A stretch of DNA of 37,283 bases from Bacteroidetes bacterium UBA6491 (lineage in GTDB: Bacteria; Bacteroidota; Bacteroidia; NS11-12g; UBA9320), in NCBI GenBank assembly GCA_002436505.1, contig DJML01000052.1:5715-42997 (forward strand), read 5' to 3'. Below, in pieces: positions 26,910 to 35,395 of the stretch (the first letter of the stretch is position 1; the number at the start of each line of letters is the position of its first letter). The notes under the pieces are model-generated. The model searched no databases. It saw nothing but the letters and a program-made list of their open reading frames with translations, and was not told the origin of the DNA. The position numbers and the translations under genes are program-made.

Positions 26910-27805
26910 TGAAAAAGGGAATATCAGCGGCTTTATTGATTTTAATAACGCTTGCGGCAGGTGCACAGGACCTGAATTGTACGGTTGAGGTAATAACGAG
27001 CCAGGTGCAGATCTCCAACAAGCAGATCTTTGATGACATGAAAACAGGGATCACCCAATTCATGAACAACAGGAAATGGGTAAGCGATGATATTCAACCA
27101 AACGAGAAGATCGATTGTGTTTTTCAGTTTAATATTTCTAAAGCAGAAATTGACAATTTTAAAGCGACCCTTACAATTCAATCTACCCGGCCTGTCTATG
27201 GATCATCCTATAATACCCCATTGTTCAGATACATCGATAAAGAGGTCGAATTCACCTACGTTCAATTTCAGAATTTTGATTTTCAGGAAAATGCATATTC
27301 AAGCAACCTGACATCCATTCTTGCATTTTATGCTTACCTGATCATTGGTACCGACTATGATTCATATTCACTTAAAGGTGGAGACGAATACCTAAAAAAG
27401 GCACAACAGGTAAGACAGGCAGCACAAAATGTACCGGGCTGGAACCCTAATGACGGCAACGGGACCCAGAACAGGTATTATCTTATTGAGAACATGCTGG
27501 ACCCGCGTTTCCAGGATCTTCGTACCGCGAGTTATATCTACCACATTAAAGGGATGGACATAATGCACAAGAGTCCGGAACAAGGAAGAGGACAGGTTTA
27601 CGAATCCTTAAAGAGCGTAAAGAAAGTTTATGATCAATTGCCCAATTCGTTTGTATTGAGAATGTTCTTCAATGCTAAAAGAGATGAATTGATAGCGATC
27701 TTTACAGAAGGTAGTCCGACCGAAAAGAACAGAGCTGCAGATCTGCTGGGCAATATGGATATTTCCAATAAAAGCAAATATGAGGACGGGATACTAAAAC
27801 GGTGA
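26906..27805 (+). CDS. DUF4835 family protein (I believe some databases label this family T9SS PorD)
   Basis: 299 aa with a signal peptide. TLTIQSTRPVYGSSYNTP, LAFYAYLIIGTDYD and NSFVLRMFFNAKRDE match my recollection of DUF4835. ATGA overlap with coaBC. Confidence 0.75.
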   Translation: MMKKGISAALLILITLAAGAQDLNCTVEVITSQVQISNKQIFDDMKTGITQFMNNRKWVSDDIQPNEKIDCVFQFNISKAEIDNFKATLTIQSTRPVYGSSYNTPLFRYIDKEVEFTYVQFQNFDFQENAYSSNLTSILAFYAYLIIGTDYDSYSLKGGDEYLKKAQQVRQAAQNVPGWNPNDGNGTQNRYYLIENMLDPRFQDLRTASYIYHIKGMDIMHKSPEQGRGQVYESLKSVKKVYDQLPNSFVLRMFFNAKRDELIAIFTEGSPTEKNRAADLLGNMDISNKSKYEDGILKR

Positions 27806-27833
27806 TCCCTTCAGTTGAAAATTATCAGTCCCG

Positions 27834-28961
27834 TCAGTTAGAGAAGAATTCTCTCATCTTATCAAAGAATCCTTTGTTTGAACCGTCAGGGTGTGGTTTA
27901 AAATTCTCTGAATTTTCCATTTTCTTAAGAAGTTCTTTCTCTTCTGTCGTCAGTTTCTGAGGAGTCCACACATTAATATGAACCAGTTGGTCGCCTTTTC
28001 GGTAACCGTTCACATCTGGAATTCCTTTGCCTTTCAGACGAAGGATCTTGCCTGCCTGAGTTCCTGCTTCTAGCTTGATTTTAGCTTTTCCGCTTACCGT
28101 TGGAACATGCACCTCACCTCCCAGTGCAGCTTTAGGAAAACTTATATACAACTCATGTATCAGATTGTTCCCTTCTCTTTTTAATTCAGAATGAGGTACT
28201 TCTTCAATCACTATGATAAGGTCACCAGCGACCCCACCTGCTGCTTCATTCCCTTTTCCACTTACGGATAGCTGCATCCCTTCTTCCACGCCTGCCGGTA
28301 TCTTCAATGAAGTGGTGACTTCTTCAGTAACCAGTCCCTGGCTGTCAGAACCCGGAGGTTTGTTCCCCAGTTGCTTGCCGCTGCCTCCGCAGGTAGGACA
28401 AACTGAGGTAGTTTGCATCTGCCCCAGAAAAGTATTCGACACCCTTGTCACCTGTCCCATACCGTTGCATGTAGAACAGGTGTTGAAAGTAACGCCCTTG
28501 GCAACAACCTTTTTCTTGTACTTTATTTTCTTTTCAACGCCTTCAGCGATCTCCTCCAGCGTTAATTTCAATTTTATACGAATATTGGATCCAACGATCC
28601 TTCGGGCACCTCCTCTGCGACCTCCGCCTCCAAAAAAACTCTCAAACGGACTTCCACCCCCGCCCCCGAAAATATCTCCAAAGTGACTGAAAATATCCTC
28701 CATTGTCATTCCGTCTCCACTGAAACCACCGCCGCTTCCCATTCCCTGGTGACCGAACTGATCGTATCTCTGACGTTTGGAAGTATCACTCAGTACCTCA
28801 TACGCTTCTGCCGCTTCCTTAAATTTTTCCTCCGCTTCCTTATTGTCCGGGTTTTTATCCGGATGATATTTAAGCGCCATTTGGCGGTAAGCTTTTTTCA
28901 GCTCCTCAGCAGTAGCACTTTTACTTACACCGAGTACTTCGTAATAATCCCTTTTCGCCAT
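27834..28961 (-). CDS. dnaJ: Molecular chaperone DnaJ (variant with a single zinc centre)
   Basis: J-domain [12 protein letters not shown]...YHPDKN, a G/F-rich linker, only two CxxCxGxG motifs, and C-terminal substrate-binding domains. The track start at 28970 is GTG, so I prefer ATG 28961, 1 nt after the grpE stop. Confidence 0.95.
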   Translation of the reverse strand: MAKRDYYEVLGVSKSATAEELKKAYRQMALKYHPDKNPDNKEAEEKFKEAAEAYEVLSDTSKRQRYDQFGHQGMGSGGGFSGDGMTMEDIFSHFGDIFGGGGGSPFESFFGGGGRRGGARRIVGSNIRIKLKLTLEEIAEGVEKKIKYKKKVVAKGVTFNTCSTCNGMGQVTRVSNTFLGQMQTTSVCPTCGGSGKQLGNKPPGSDSQGLVTEEVTTSLKIPAGVEEGMQLSVSGKGNEAAGGVAGDLIIVIEEVPHSELKREGNNLIHELYISFPKAALGGEVHVPTVSGKAKIKLEAGTQAGKILRLKGKGIPDVNGYRKGDQLVHINVWTPQKLTTEEKELLKKMENSENFKPHPDGSNKGFFDKMREFFSN

Positions 28962-28962
28962 G

Positions 28963-29541
28963 TTATTCACCTACCACTACTTTTGCGTAGCGTAAAATTT
29001 TATCGTTCAGTTTATACCCCTTCTCCAACTCATCTACAATTTTCCCTTTCAGATCATCAGATGGTGCCGGAATCTTTGTTACCGCTTCATGAAGATCAGC
29101 ATCGAACGGTTCTCCTTTTGCCTCAAACGCTTTCAACCCCTGTTGATCCAAAACATTTACCATTTTCATATATACCAGGTTAATGCCATCCTTAAGCGCT
29201 TTTATATCATTGGTGTCCTCCATTGACCTGATCGCCCGCTCAAAGTCATCCAGAATAGGCAACATGGCAGATAAGACCTCCTGTCCAGCTGTTTTGAATA
29301 GCTCCAAACGCTCCTTTGCAGTGCGGCGTCTGAAATTATCAAATTCAGAATACAAGCGCAGGTATTTATCGTTTAACTCCTTGACCTCTGTCTTCATTTT
29401 TTCTTCAGCACTCACTTCTTTTCCGTCTGCAACGCCCTCATTTTTAGACACTTTAGGTTCAGCATCATTGATCTCAACAGAGCTATCCATCAGTTCTTCT
29501 GATGTTGTATGTTTTTGTTCTTTGGATTTTTTCCTAGCCAT
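28963..29541 (-). CDS. grpE: Nucleotide exchange factor GrpE
   Basis: 192 aa. Acidic N-terminus, a long coiled coil ([17 protein letters not shown]), and a C-terminal beta domain ([14 protein letters not shown]). Directly upstream of dnaJ. Confidence 0.95.
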   Translation of the reverse strand: MARKKSKEQKHTTSEELMDSSVEINDAEPKVSKNEGVADGKEVSAEEKMKTEVKELNDKYLRLYSEFDNFRRRTAKERLELFKTAGQEVLSAMLPILDDFERAIRSMEDTNDIKALKDGINLVYMKMVNVLDQQGLKAFEAKGEPFDADLHEAVTKIPAPSDDLKGKIVDELEKGYKLNDKILRYAKVVVGE

Positions 29542-29722
29542 TCTTTAGTGTGTTACGATCGATTTTCTGGTATTGCTGCAAAATTTCTGCCACAATGATC
29601 GAATTTGAAATTAAGTGACAAGAACACCCTGCTTATGGCTGTTCTATGCCAAATTGACACAATAGTAAATGCACGTGACGAAATAATAACGGTGGTAAAA
29701 TATTACTGATCTTATCTGGAAT

Positions 29723-29730
29723 TATATTTG
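29723..29730 (+). promoter_or_regulatory. -7 box TATATTTG upstream of the MFS transporter
   Basis: Exact TAnnTTTG match, 7 nt before ATG 29738. Confidence 0.45.
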
Positions 29731-29737
29731 AGCAACA

Positions 29738-30913
29738 ATGCCTCCTCAGAAACACATTCTGCCTGTTATAGTTCTGTCGCAGTTTTTCTGTACATCCCTT
29801 TGGTTTGCCAGCAATGGTGTGATGGCAGACCTGGTCCTTGCTTTCAGCCTGAAAAATTCCGCTATCGGTCACCTCACATCAGCTGTACAATTTGGATTTA
29901 TAACAGGGACATTGATCTTTGCTATTTTCACAATACCGGACCGATACGCTCCATCCAGGGTGTTTTTTTTCTGTGCCCTGGCCGGTGCACTTTTTAACCT
30001 GGCAGCCATCCTCGGATCAAATACATTTACCAGTCTGTTCATACTTAGGTTTCTAACCGGTGTGTCTCTTGCGGGCATTTATCCTGTGGGGATGAAAATA
30101 GCTGCGGATCATTTCAAAGAAGGACTGGGCAGATCCCTTGGCTATCTGGTCGGAGCCCTGGTTTTAGGCACTTCACTACCTCACTTGTTAAAAGGTCTGT
30201 CAGCAGATCTTCCCTGGGCAGTGGTCATTGTTTCAACCTCTGCTATTGCAACTTCCGGAGGGGTGCTGATGTTGGTGTTTGTTCCAGAAGGCCCCTACAG
30301 AGGTCGAGGAGGAAAGGTCGATCTGTCTTCGTTTATAAAGGTCTTCAGGAAAAGGGATCTCCGGTCATCCGCAATCGGTTATTTTGGCCACATGTGGGAG
30401 TTATATGCCTTCTGGGCTTTTGTTCCTGTTATGCTCAAAATTTACAGTTCAATTCATCCGGGAACTGTTTTCAATGTACCGATGCTATCCTTCGTCGTTA
30501 TTGCGACAGGTGCAGTAGGTTGTGTGGTCGGGGGGTATCTTTCACAGCGTTTCGGAGAAAAAAAGATAGCGCTTGTTGCACTGTTGTTCTCAGGTGCATG
30601 CTGTTTATCTTCTCCGCTCCTGTTCACAACAGACTGGCAATTGACTTATGTTGCCATCCTTATTGTATGGGGATTCTTCGTTATTCCTGATTCACCCATG
30701 TTTTCCTCCCTGGTTGCCGGATATGCGGACGCTAATGTGAAAGGGACTGCTCTGACAATTGTTAACAGCATTGGATTTGCTATTACAATAGGAAGCATTC
30801 AACTTATCAATTCATTGGTTGACCTGATGAACCCTTCTTATGTTTTTATTTTACTAGGTGCAGGACCGATTATAGGATTTGTTGCTCTCATCAGAAACAA
30901 ATCACTACGATAA
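29738..30913 (+). CDS. MFS transporter
   Basis: 391 aa with about 12 hydrophobic helices and a central loop at RGRGGKVD, the typical 6+6 MFS layout. Confidence 0.85.
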   Translation: MPPQKHILPVIVLSQFFCTSLWFASNGVMADLVLAFSLKNSAIGHLTSAVQFGFITGTLIFAIFTIPDRYAPSRVFFFCALAGALFNLAAILGSNTFTSLFILRFLTGVSLAGIYPVGMKIAADHFKEGLGRSLGYLVGALVLGTSLPHLLKGLSADLPWAVVIVSTSAIATSGGVLMLVFVPEGPYRGRGGKVDLSSFIKVFRKRDLRSSAIGYFGHMWELYAFWAFVPVMLKIYSSIHPGTVFNVPMLSFVVIATGAVGCVVGGYLSQRFGEKKIALVALLFSGACCLSSPLLFTTDWQLTYVAILIVWGFFVIPDSPMFSSLVAGYADANVKGTALTIVNSIGFAITIGSIQLINSLVDLMNPSYVFILLGAGPIIGFVALIRNKSLR

Positions 30914-30981
30914 GGAACAATGCAAAAATCAGTCGGCGCCATTCGCAATAAGCAAATTACTTAATATTGCAATGCCTGGAG

Positions 30982-32406
30982 ATGACACAATTACTGGCTA
31001 CAATTTTTGCGGCAGCATATGCTTTAGTGATACTATGGTCCTATCGGTTCAGAGAGAGGAATTTAGCCGTGTGGTCATTGATCATTCTTTCTTTTTTAGT
31101 AAAGATATACCTTTCGTCAGTTACCGACGTGTTGAATATCTGGGATGAACAATTCCACGCACTTGTTGCAAAGAACATGATCGACAGACCTTTCACACCG
31201 ACACTTTACCGGGAAGAACTTATTGATCATGATTACTGGGACTGGGCAAGGAATCATGTCTGGCTGCATAAACCGCCGTTGTTTCTCTGGCTCATCGCCT
31301 TAAGCATAAAGATTTTCGGGACAAATGCACTTGCTGTGAGACTGCCTTCAATACTTTTCTCAACCCTGTCTGTATTGCTGATCTCAAAACTGGCGAGAAA
31401 AAAATTCAGCAAAGAAGCTTCATGGTGGGCCACTGTAATTTTCACACTGAATCCATTTTTACCTCTTTTGGTCACCGGTGTTTTACCGACCGATCACAAC
31501 GACGTGATCTTCGGTTTTTTTATAACACTGAGTTACTTCCTGTATGTCAGATACAAGGATCAAAAAAGATTTGTTGACATAGTGCTATTAGGACTTGCAG
31601 TGTCAGCCTGTATTCTAAACAAATGGTTGCTTGGTTTATGGATATACCTTCCATTTGGCATCTACCTCATAAAAGCCAGATTTAAGAAAACACTGGTTGC
31701 AGATTTTGCATATTCGGTCGGTATTGCCCTGTTGATCCCGGTCTTCTGGTATTTGTACATTCATACCTCTTTTCCTGTCGAGTCGTCCTTCGAATTCAGA
31801 TACAACGCGAGGCATTTCTGGGAAGCACTGGAAGGACACAGAGAATCAGTCTGGTATTATCTGATCATGCTGAAATCCCAATACGGTATCTTTGGGATGT
31901 TACTTGTGATCCCTGGCCTGATAACGATGTACCGGAGATCCTTTGACACTTTTATTGGTATTTGTTTCGTGTTTGTGTTCTTCACGATCGCAGCCACAAA
32001 GATGCCTGCTTTTACATTCTGGGTATCTGCTATTCTTATACTTTACAGCGGAGCATTCATTGCAGAATTATTCAAAAAATTAAAGGACAGAAACCTTAAT
32101 ATTTCAGTTGTAGCAGGTGTTATCGCCATATTGGTCTTTCAAATGCAATTATCTGAACTGTATAACTCACAGACCCTTGGCAATCAATACCGAAGAAAAA
32201 TATCCTCCAGGACGGAAATGTTCAAATCATGGGCCGAAGAAAAGGAAACACAGAATTATGTGGTTGAGGAATTACCCGAAGGGTCAGCGGTAATATTTAT
32301 GTTCTACACAGATGCGATCGGTTACGAACGCAGGTTAACTCCGGATGAATTAAAATTTATTGAGAACAAAGGAAAAAAGGTCTTGCACTGGAAGGATATT
32401 CACTGA
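30982..32406 (+). CDS. GT-C fold glycosyltransferase, family 39 / ArnT-like
   Basis: Polytopic membrane protein. First-loop DE motif (NIWDEQFHAL), then HKPPLFLWLIALSIKIFG...RLPSILFS, typical of the PMT_2/ArnT family. The track start at 30967 is TTG; the first ATG is at 30982. Confidence 0.75.
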   Translation: MTQLLATIFAAAYALVILWSYRFRERNLAVWSLIILSFLVKIYLSSVTDVLNIWDEQFHALVAKNMIDRPFTPTLYREELIDHDYWDWARNHVWLHKPPLFLWLIALSIKIFGTNALAVRLPSILFSTLSVLLISKLARKKFSKEASWWATVIFTLNPFLPLLVTGVLPTDHNDVIFGFFITLSYFLYVRYKDQKRFVDIVLLGLAVSACILNKWLLGLWIYLPFGIYLIKARFKKTLVADFAYSVGIALLIPVFWYLYIHTSFPVESSFEFRYNARHFWEALEGHRESVWYYLIMLKSQYGIFGMLLVIPGLITMYRRSFDTFIGICFVFVFFTIAATKMPAFTFWVSAILILYSGAFIAELFKKLKDRNLNISVVAGVIAILVFQMQLSELYNSQTLGNQYRRKISSRTEMFKSWAEEKETQNYVVEELPEGSAVIFMFYTDAIGYERRLTPDELKFIENKGKKVLHWKDIH

Positions 32407-32509
32407 ATCATTTTACAGTTTATTTCCTGGCAATAATTAGTAATAAAACAGTATAAGTTATGATTCCCATCATATTCTAACTGCGTCTAATCCCTTTGCT
32501 TTGTAAGGC

Positions 32510-34597
32510 ATGATAAATGAAGCGCTTATTGCTCCAAAAGGGATCGTAATTGTTGGAGGATCTAACTATTTGTCCAAACCGGGAGGCAAGATGGTAAAGA
32601 ATCTGCTTGAAGGCGGATACCAGGGAGATCTGTTTATAGTAAATCAGAAAGATGTAGAAGTACAGGGGCAAAGGACCATTCAAAACATCGATGAACTGCC
32701 TGAGGTGGACCTTGCAATTCTTGCCGTTCCACCTTTAGCATGCAAACACGCCGTTAAGATCCTGTTGAAAAATAAGAACACAAGGGCTTTCATAATAATA
32801 TCTGCCGGTTTTGGAGAAGGAGGAGAAGAGGGAAAACTCATTGAAAAAGAGATCGCGGACATGGTCTCTGCACATAATGCTTGCCTTATCGGGCCTAATT
32901 GCATAGGCGTGCTCAACAGGAACTACCACGGAATTTTCACAAGTCCGGTACCCCGTCTTTTCCCTGATGGCTGCGACCTTATTTCAAGCTCAGGAAGCGT
33001 CGCGACATTCATCATGGAAGCCGGAATAATTAACGGGTTAAGATTCAACAGCGTCTTTTCCGTCGGAAATTCAGCGCAAACCGGAGTTGAAGAAGTTCTT
33101 GAGTACCTGGATCTTAATTACGAACATGGCAAAAGTTCACCGATCAAATTACTTTATCTCGAAACAGTCAGAAATCCCAATAAATTATTAAAACATGCCT
33201 CCTCACTGATAAGAAAAGGAGCCTGCATTTCCGGAATTAAGTCAGGGAGCACCGAAGCAGGAAGCAGGGCGGCCGCATCTCATACAGGCGCAATAGCCAA
33301 CTCAGATATGGCGGTTCGCGCTTTGTTCAGAAAAGCAGGCATCGTATACTGTAGCAGCCGCGCTGAACTTGTAACCACAGCATGTATCTTCAATTCCAGA
33401 AAACCTAAAGGGAAAAATATTGCGATCATTACCCATGCCGGAGGATCGGCTGTTATGCTTTCTGATGCACTTATAAAATCGGGAATGAACGTCCCACCGA
33501 TAAACGGAACGGAAGCCGATGAACTCCTTGCCAGGTTACATCCGGGTTCTTCAGTAAATAACCCAATAGATTTCCTGGCAACGGGCACCGCTGAACAACT
33601 GGACCTGATCATTGATTACTGTGAGAATAAATTTGACAATATTGATGCCATGGTCGTGGTTTTTGGAAGTGCCGGTTTATTTGATGTGGCCAATGTTTAC
33701 AACGTGTTGCGTGCGAAGATGGAAGCGTGCCGGAAACCGATTTATCCGGTTCTTCCTTCTCTGGTAAATGCCCACCAGGAAATAGAAGAATTTATTGCAA
33801 AGGGATACGTTAATTTTCCGGATGAGGTCGATCTTGGAACGGCTCTAGGTGCAATTTACAACACTCCTGGTCCGGTTGATCTACTCAAAGACGAGATAAC
33901 ACCCAACAAGAAACTCAGGGAATTAATTGAAAGGCAAAACGATGGTTTTCTTGACAGCCATGTATGTTTTGAGATACTGTCCCTTTCAGGCATACCCGTT
34001 GCTAAACAAGCGGTCACCAATGAAATTAAAGACGCTTTGGCAATCGCTGACAATTTTGGATATCCATTGGCACTGAAAGTTGAAGGAGTCCTTCACAAAT
34101 CTGACGTGAACGGGGTTCTCCTCAACATAAGAAATTCTCTTGGGCTGCAAGAAGCTTTTAATCAGCTGATGCTGGTCCCCGGGTCTGAAGGAGTTTTGAT
34201 CCAAAAAATGCATCGAGGCCTTGAATTGTTTATTGGGGTAACCCATGAAAATGGCCTTGGCCACCTGGTTGTATTTGGACTTGGCGGCATCTTTGTTGAG
34301 ATCTTCAAAGATGTTAGGTCCGGCCTGGTACCCTTGAGTGAATTTGAGGTCAGGCTCATGATCAGGGAACTACAGGCTTACCCTCTTATCAAAGGAGCAA
34401 GAGGAAAAGATGGAATTGATGAAGATAAATTCATTGAACTCATTTTAATAGTCTCAAAGATGGTAGAACAACTGCCTGAAATAGTCGAACTTGATATCAA
34501 TCCGTTGATGGCCACCAAAGACAGCATTACCGCTGTAGATTGCAGGATTAAGATAGCAAAAAGCAAGGAACATATTAAATCTCTTGAAATGAACTAA
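32510..34597 (+). CDS. ADP-forming acyl/acetyl-CoA synthetase, fused alpha-beta (acetate--CoA ligase family)
   Basis: 695 aa. N-terminal CoA-binding domain (IVIVGGSN...GPNCIGV), phosphohistidine loop AASHTGAIA, and a C-terminal ATP-grasp domain (GYPLALKVEG...DINPL). Confidence 0.85.
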   Translation: MINEALIAPKGIVIVGGSNYLSKPGGKMVKNLLEGGYQGDLFIVNQKDVEVQGQRTIQNIDELPEVDLAILAVPPLACKHAVKILLKNKNTRAFIIISAGFGEGGEEGKLIEKEIADMVSAHNACLIGPNCIGVLNRNYHGIFTSPVPRLFPDGCDLISSSGSVATFIMEAGIINGLRFNSVFSVGNSAQTGVEEVLEYLDLNYEHGKSSPIKLLYLETVRNPNKLLKHASSLIRKGACISGIKSGSTEAGSRAAASHTGAIANSDMAVRALFRKAGIVYCSSRAELVTTACIFNSRKPKGKNIAIITHAGGSAVMLSDALIKSGMNVPPINGTEADELLARLHPGSSVNNPIDFLATGTAEQLDLIIDYCENKFDNIDAMVVVFGSAGLFDVANVYNVLRAKMEACRKPIYPVLPSLVNAHQEIEEFIAKGYVNFPDEVDLGTALGAIYNTPGPVDLLKDEITPNKKLRELIERQNDGFLDSHVCFEILSLSGIPVAKQAVTNEIKDALAIADNFGYPLALKVEGVLHKSDVNGVLLNIRNSLGLQEAFNQLMLVPGSEGVLIQKMHRGLELFIGVTHENGLGHLVVFGLGGIFVEIFKDVRSGLVPLSEFEVRLMIRELQAYPLIKGARGKDGIDEDKFIELILIVSKMVEQLPEIVELDINPLMATKDSITAVDCRIKIAKSKEHIKSLEMN

Positions 34598-34765
34598 CAC
34601 TTCACGCTACCTTTTCTTCCATTGCCTGTTTCAATGAGGCGCATATAGATGATAAATATTCAGAAAACTTGCAAAACGTAAGGTTATTTGCAAATTTAAA
34701 TGCCACTTCACAGGTCTGCTTTCAATTCACAAAATCTATGCGATAAAGGAACCACAGAACATCTG

Positions 34766-34773
34766 TATATTTG
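34766..34773 (+). promoter_or_regulatory. -7 box TATATTTG upstream of DUF4290-murA
   Basis: Exact TAnnTTTG match, 4 nt before ATG 34778 and 19 nt before ATG 34793. Confidence 0.45.
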
Positions 34774-34777
34774 CGTC

Positions 34778-35392
34778 ATGGAACCGCATCAGATGGAATA
34801 TAACACGGATCAGGAACCGATGATCATATCGGAGTACGGCAGAACCATTCAAAAAATGGTCAGCTACATGAAAACCGTGGAGGACAAGGAAAAAAGGACC
34901 AGGATGGCACATACCATCGTGGCAACGATGCAGAATCTTAATCCTGCAATAGTAGAACAGGACGACTATGAACATACGTTATGGGATCATTTGTTTATGA
35001 TCGCTGATTATGATCTGGATGTTGAGGCTCCCTTTCCAATGCCAACAAGGGAAGAAGCAACGAAGAAACCGGATCCTGTCCCTTATAAAGATGAGCTCAT
35101 TAAGTTCAGATTCTATGGCAGAAACCTTCAGACGATCATTGAACAGGCTGCAGATATGGAAGAACAACCAATAAAATCTGCCCTGATAAATTACATAGCA
35201 TCATTTATGGTCAACTCATCAAGAAACTGGAATGATGAGAACCTTGACAATAACTCTGTTGTACATCACCTGAAAACACTGTCAAAAGGAAAACTGGACC
35301 TTAAACCAGAGGATCTTGAGATCCATATTGAGCACAGAGTAAAAAGGAAACCGGTCGGCAAACCGGTAAAGAAGAAAAAGAAAAAAAGATAA
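34778..35392 (+). CDS. DUF4290 domain protein
   Basis: EYNTDQEPMIISEYGRTIQKMV...LWDHLFMI matches what I recall of DUF4290, which usually precedes murA in Bacteroidota. A -7 box at 34766..34773 argues against the track start at 34700. ATG 34793 is an alternative start. Confidence 0.7.
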   Translation: MEPHQMEYNTDQEPMIISEYGRTIQKMVSYMKTVEDKEKRTRMAHTIVATMQNLNPAIVEQDDYEHTLWDHLFMIADYDLDVEAPFPMPTREEATKKPDPVPYKDELIKFRFYGRNLQTIIEQAADMEEQPIKSALINYIASFMVNSSRNWNDENLDNNSVVHHLKTLSKGKLDLKPEDLEIHIEHRVKRKPVGKPVKKKKKKR

Positions 35393-35395
35393 TTC

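Noticed and set aside
28213-29548. Plus-strand ORFs of 157, 166 and 121 aa, antisense to dnaJ and grpE.
   Set aside because: They are Pro/Ser/Leu-rich mirror images of the Gly/Glu/Lys-rich chaperone genes. These are shadow ORFs.
29542-29737. Looked for a heat-shock operator (CIRCE, TTAGCACTC-N9-GAGTGCTAA) or another regulatory palindrome upstream of grpE-dnaJ.
   Set aside because: There is no CIRCE-like sequence. The only candidates are a weak 6-bp inverted repeat (AGAACA-N13-TGTTCT, 29621..29645) and a CACGTG hexamer, both within chance expectation. The nearest promoter-like element is a one-mismatch AAATTTTG (29579..29586).
29633-29872. 79-aa minus-strand ORF bridging the grpE-MFS intergenic region and the MFS 5' end.
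   Set aside because: It is antisense to the MFS N-terminus and runs through the MFS -7 box, with no motif and an odd Cys/His-rich composition. It is probably spurious. Only expression data could revive it.
34700-34777. Track start at ATG 34700, which would add 26 residues (MPLHRSAFNSQNLCDKGTTEHLYICV) to the DUF4290 protein.
   Set aside because: The extension runs through a perfect TATATTTG -7 box at 34766..34773. It also does not resemble the family N-terminus (MEYNT...EYGR.IQ), so the downstream ATG at 34778 or 34793 is preferred.
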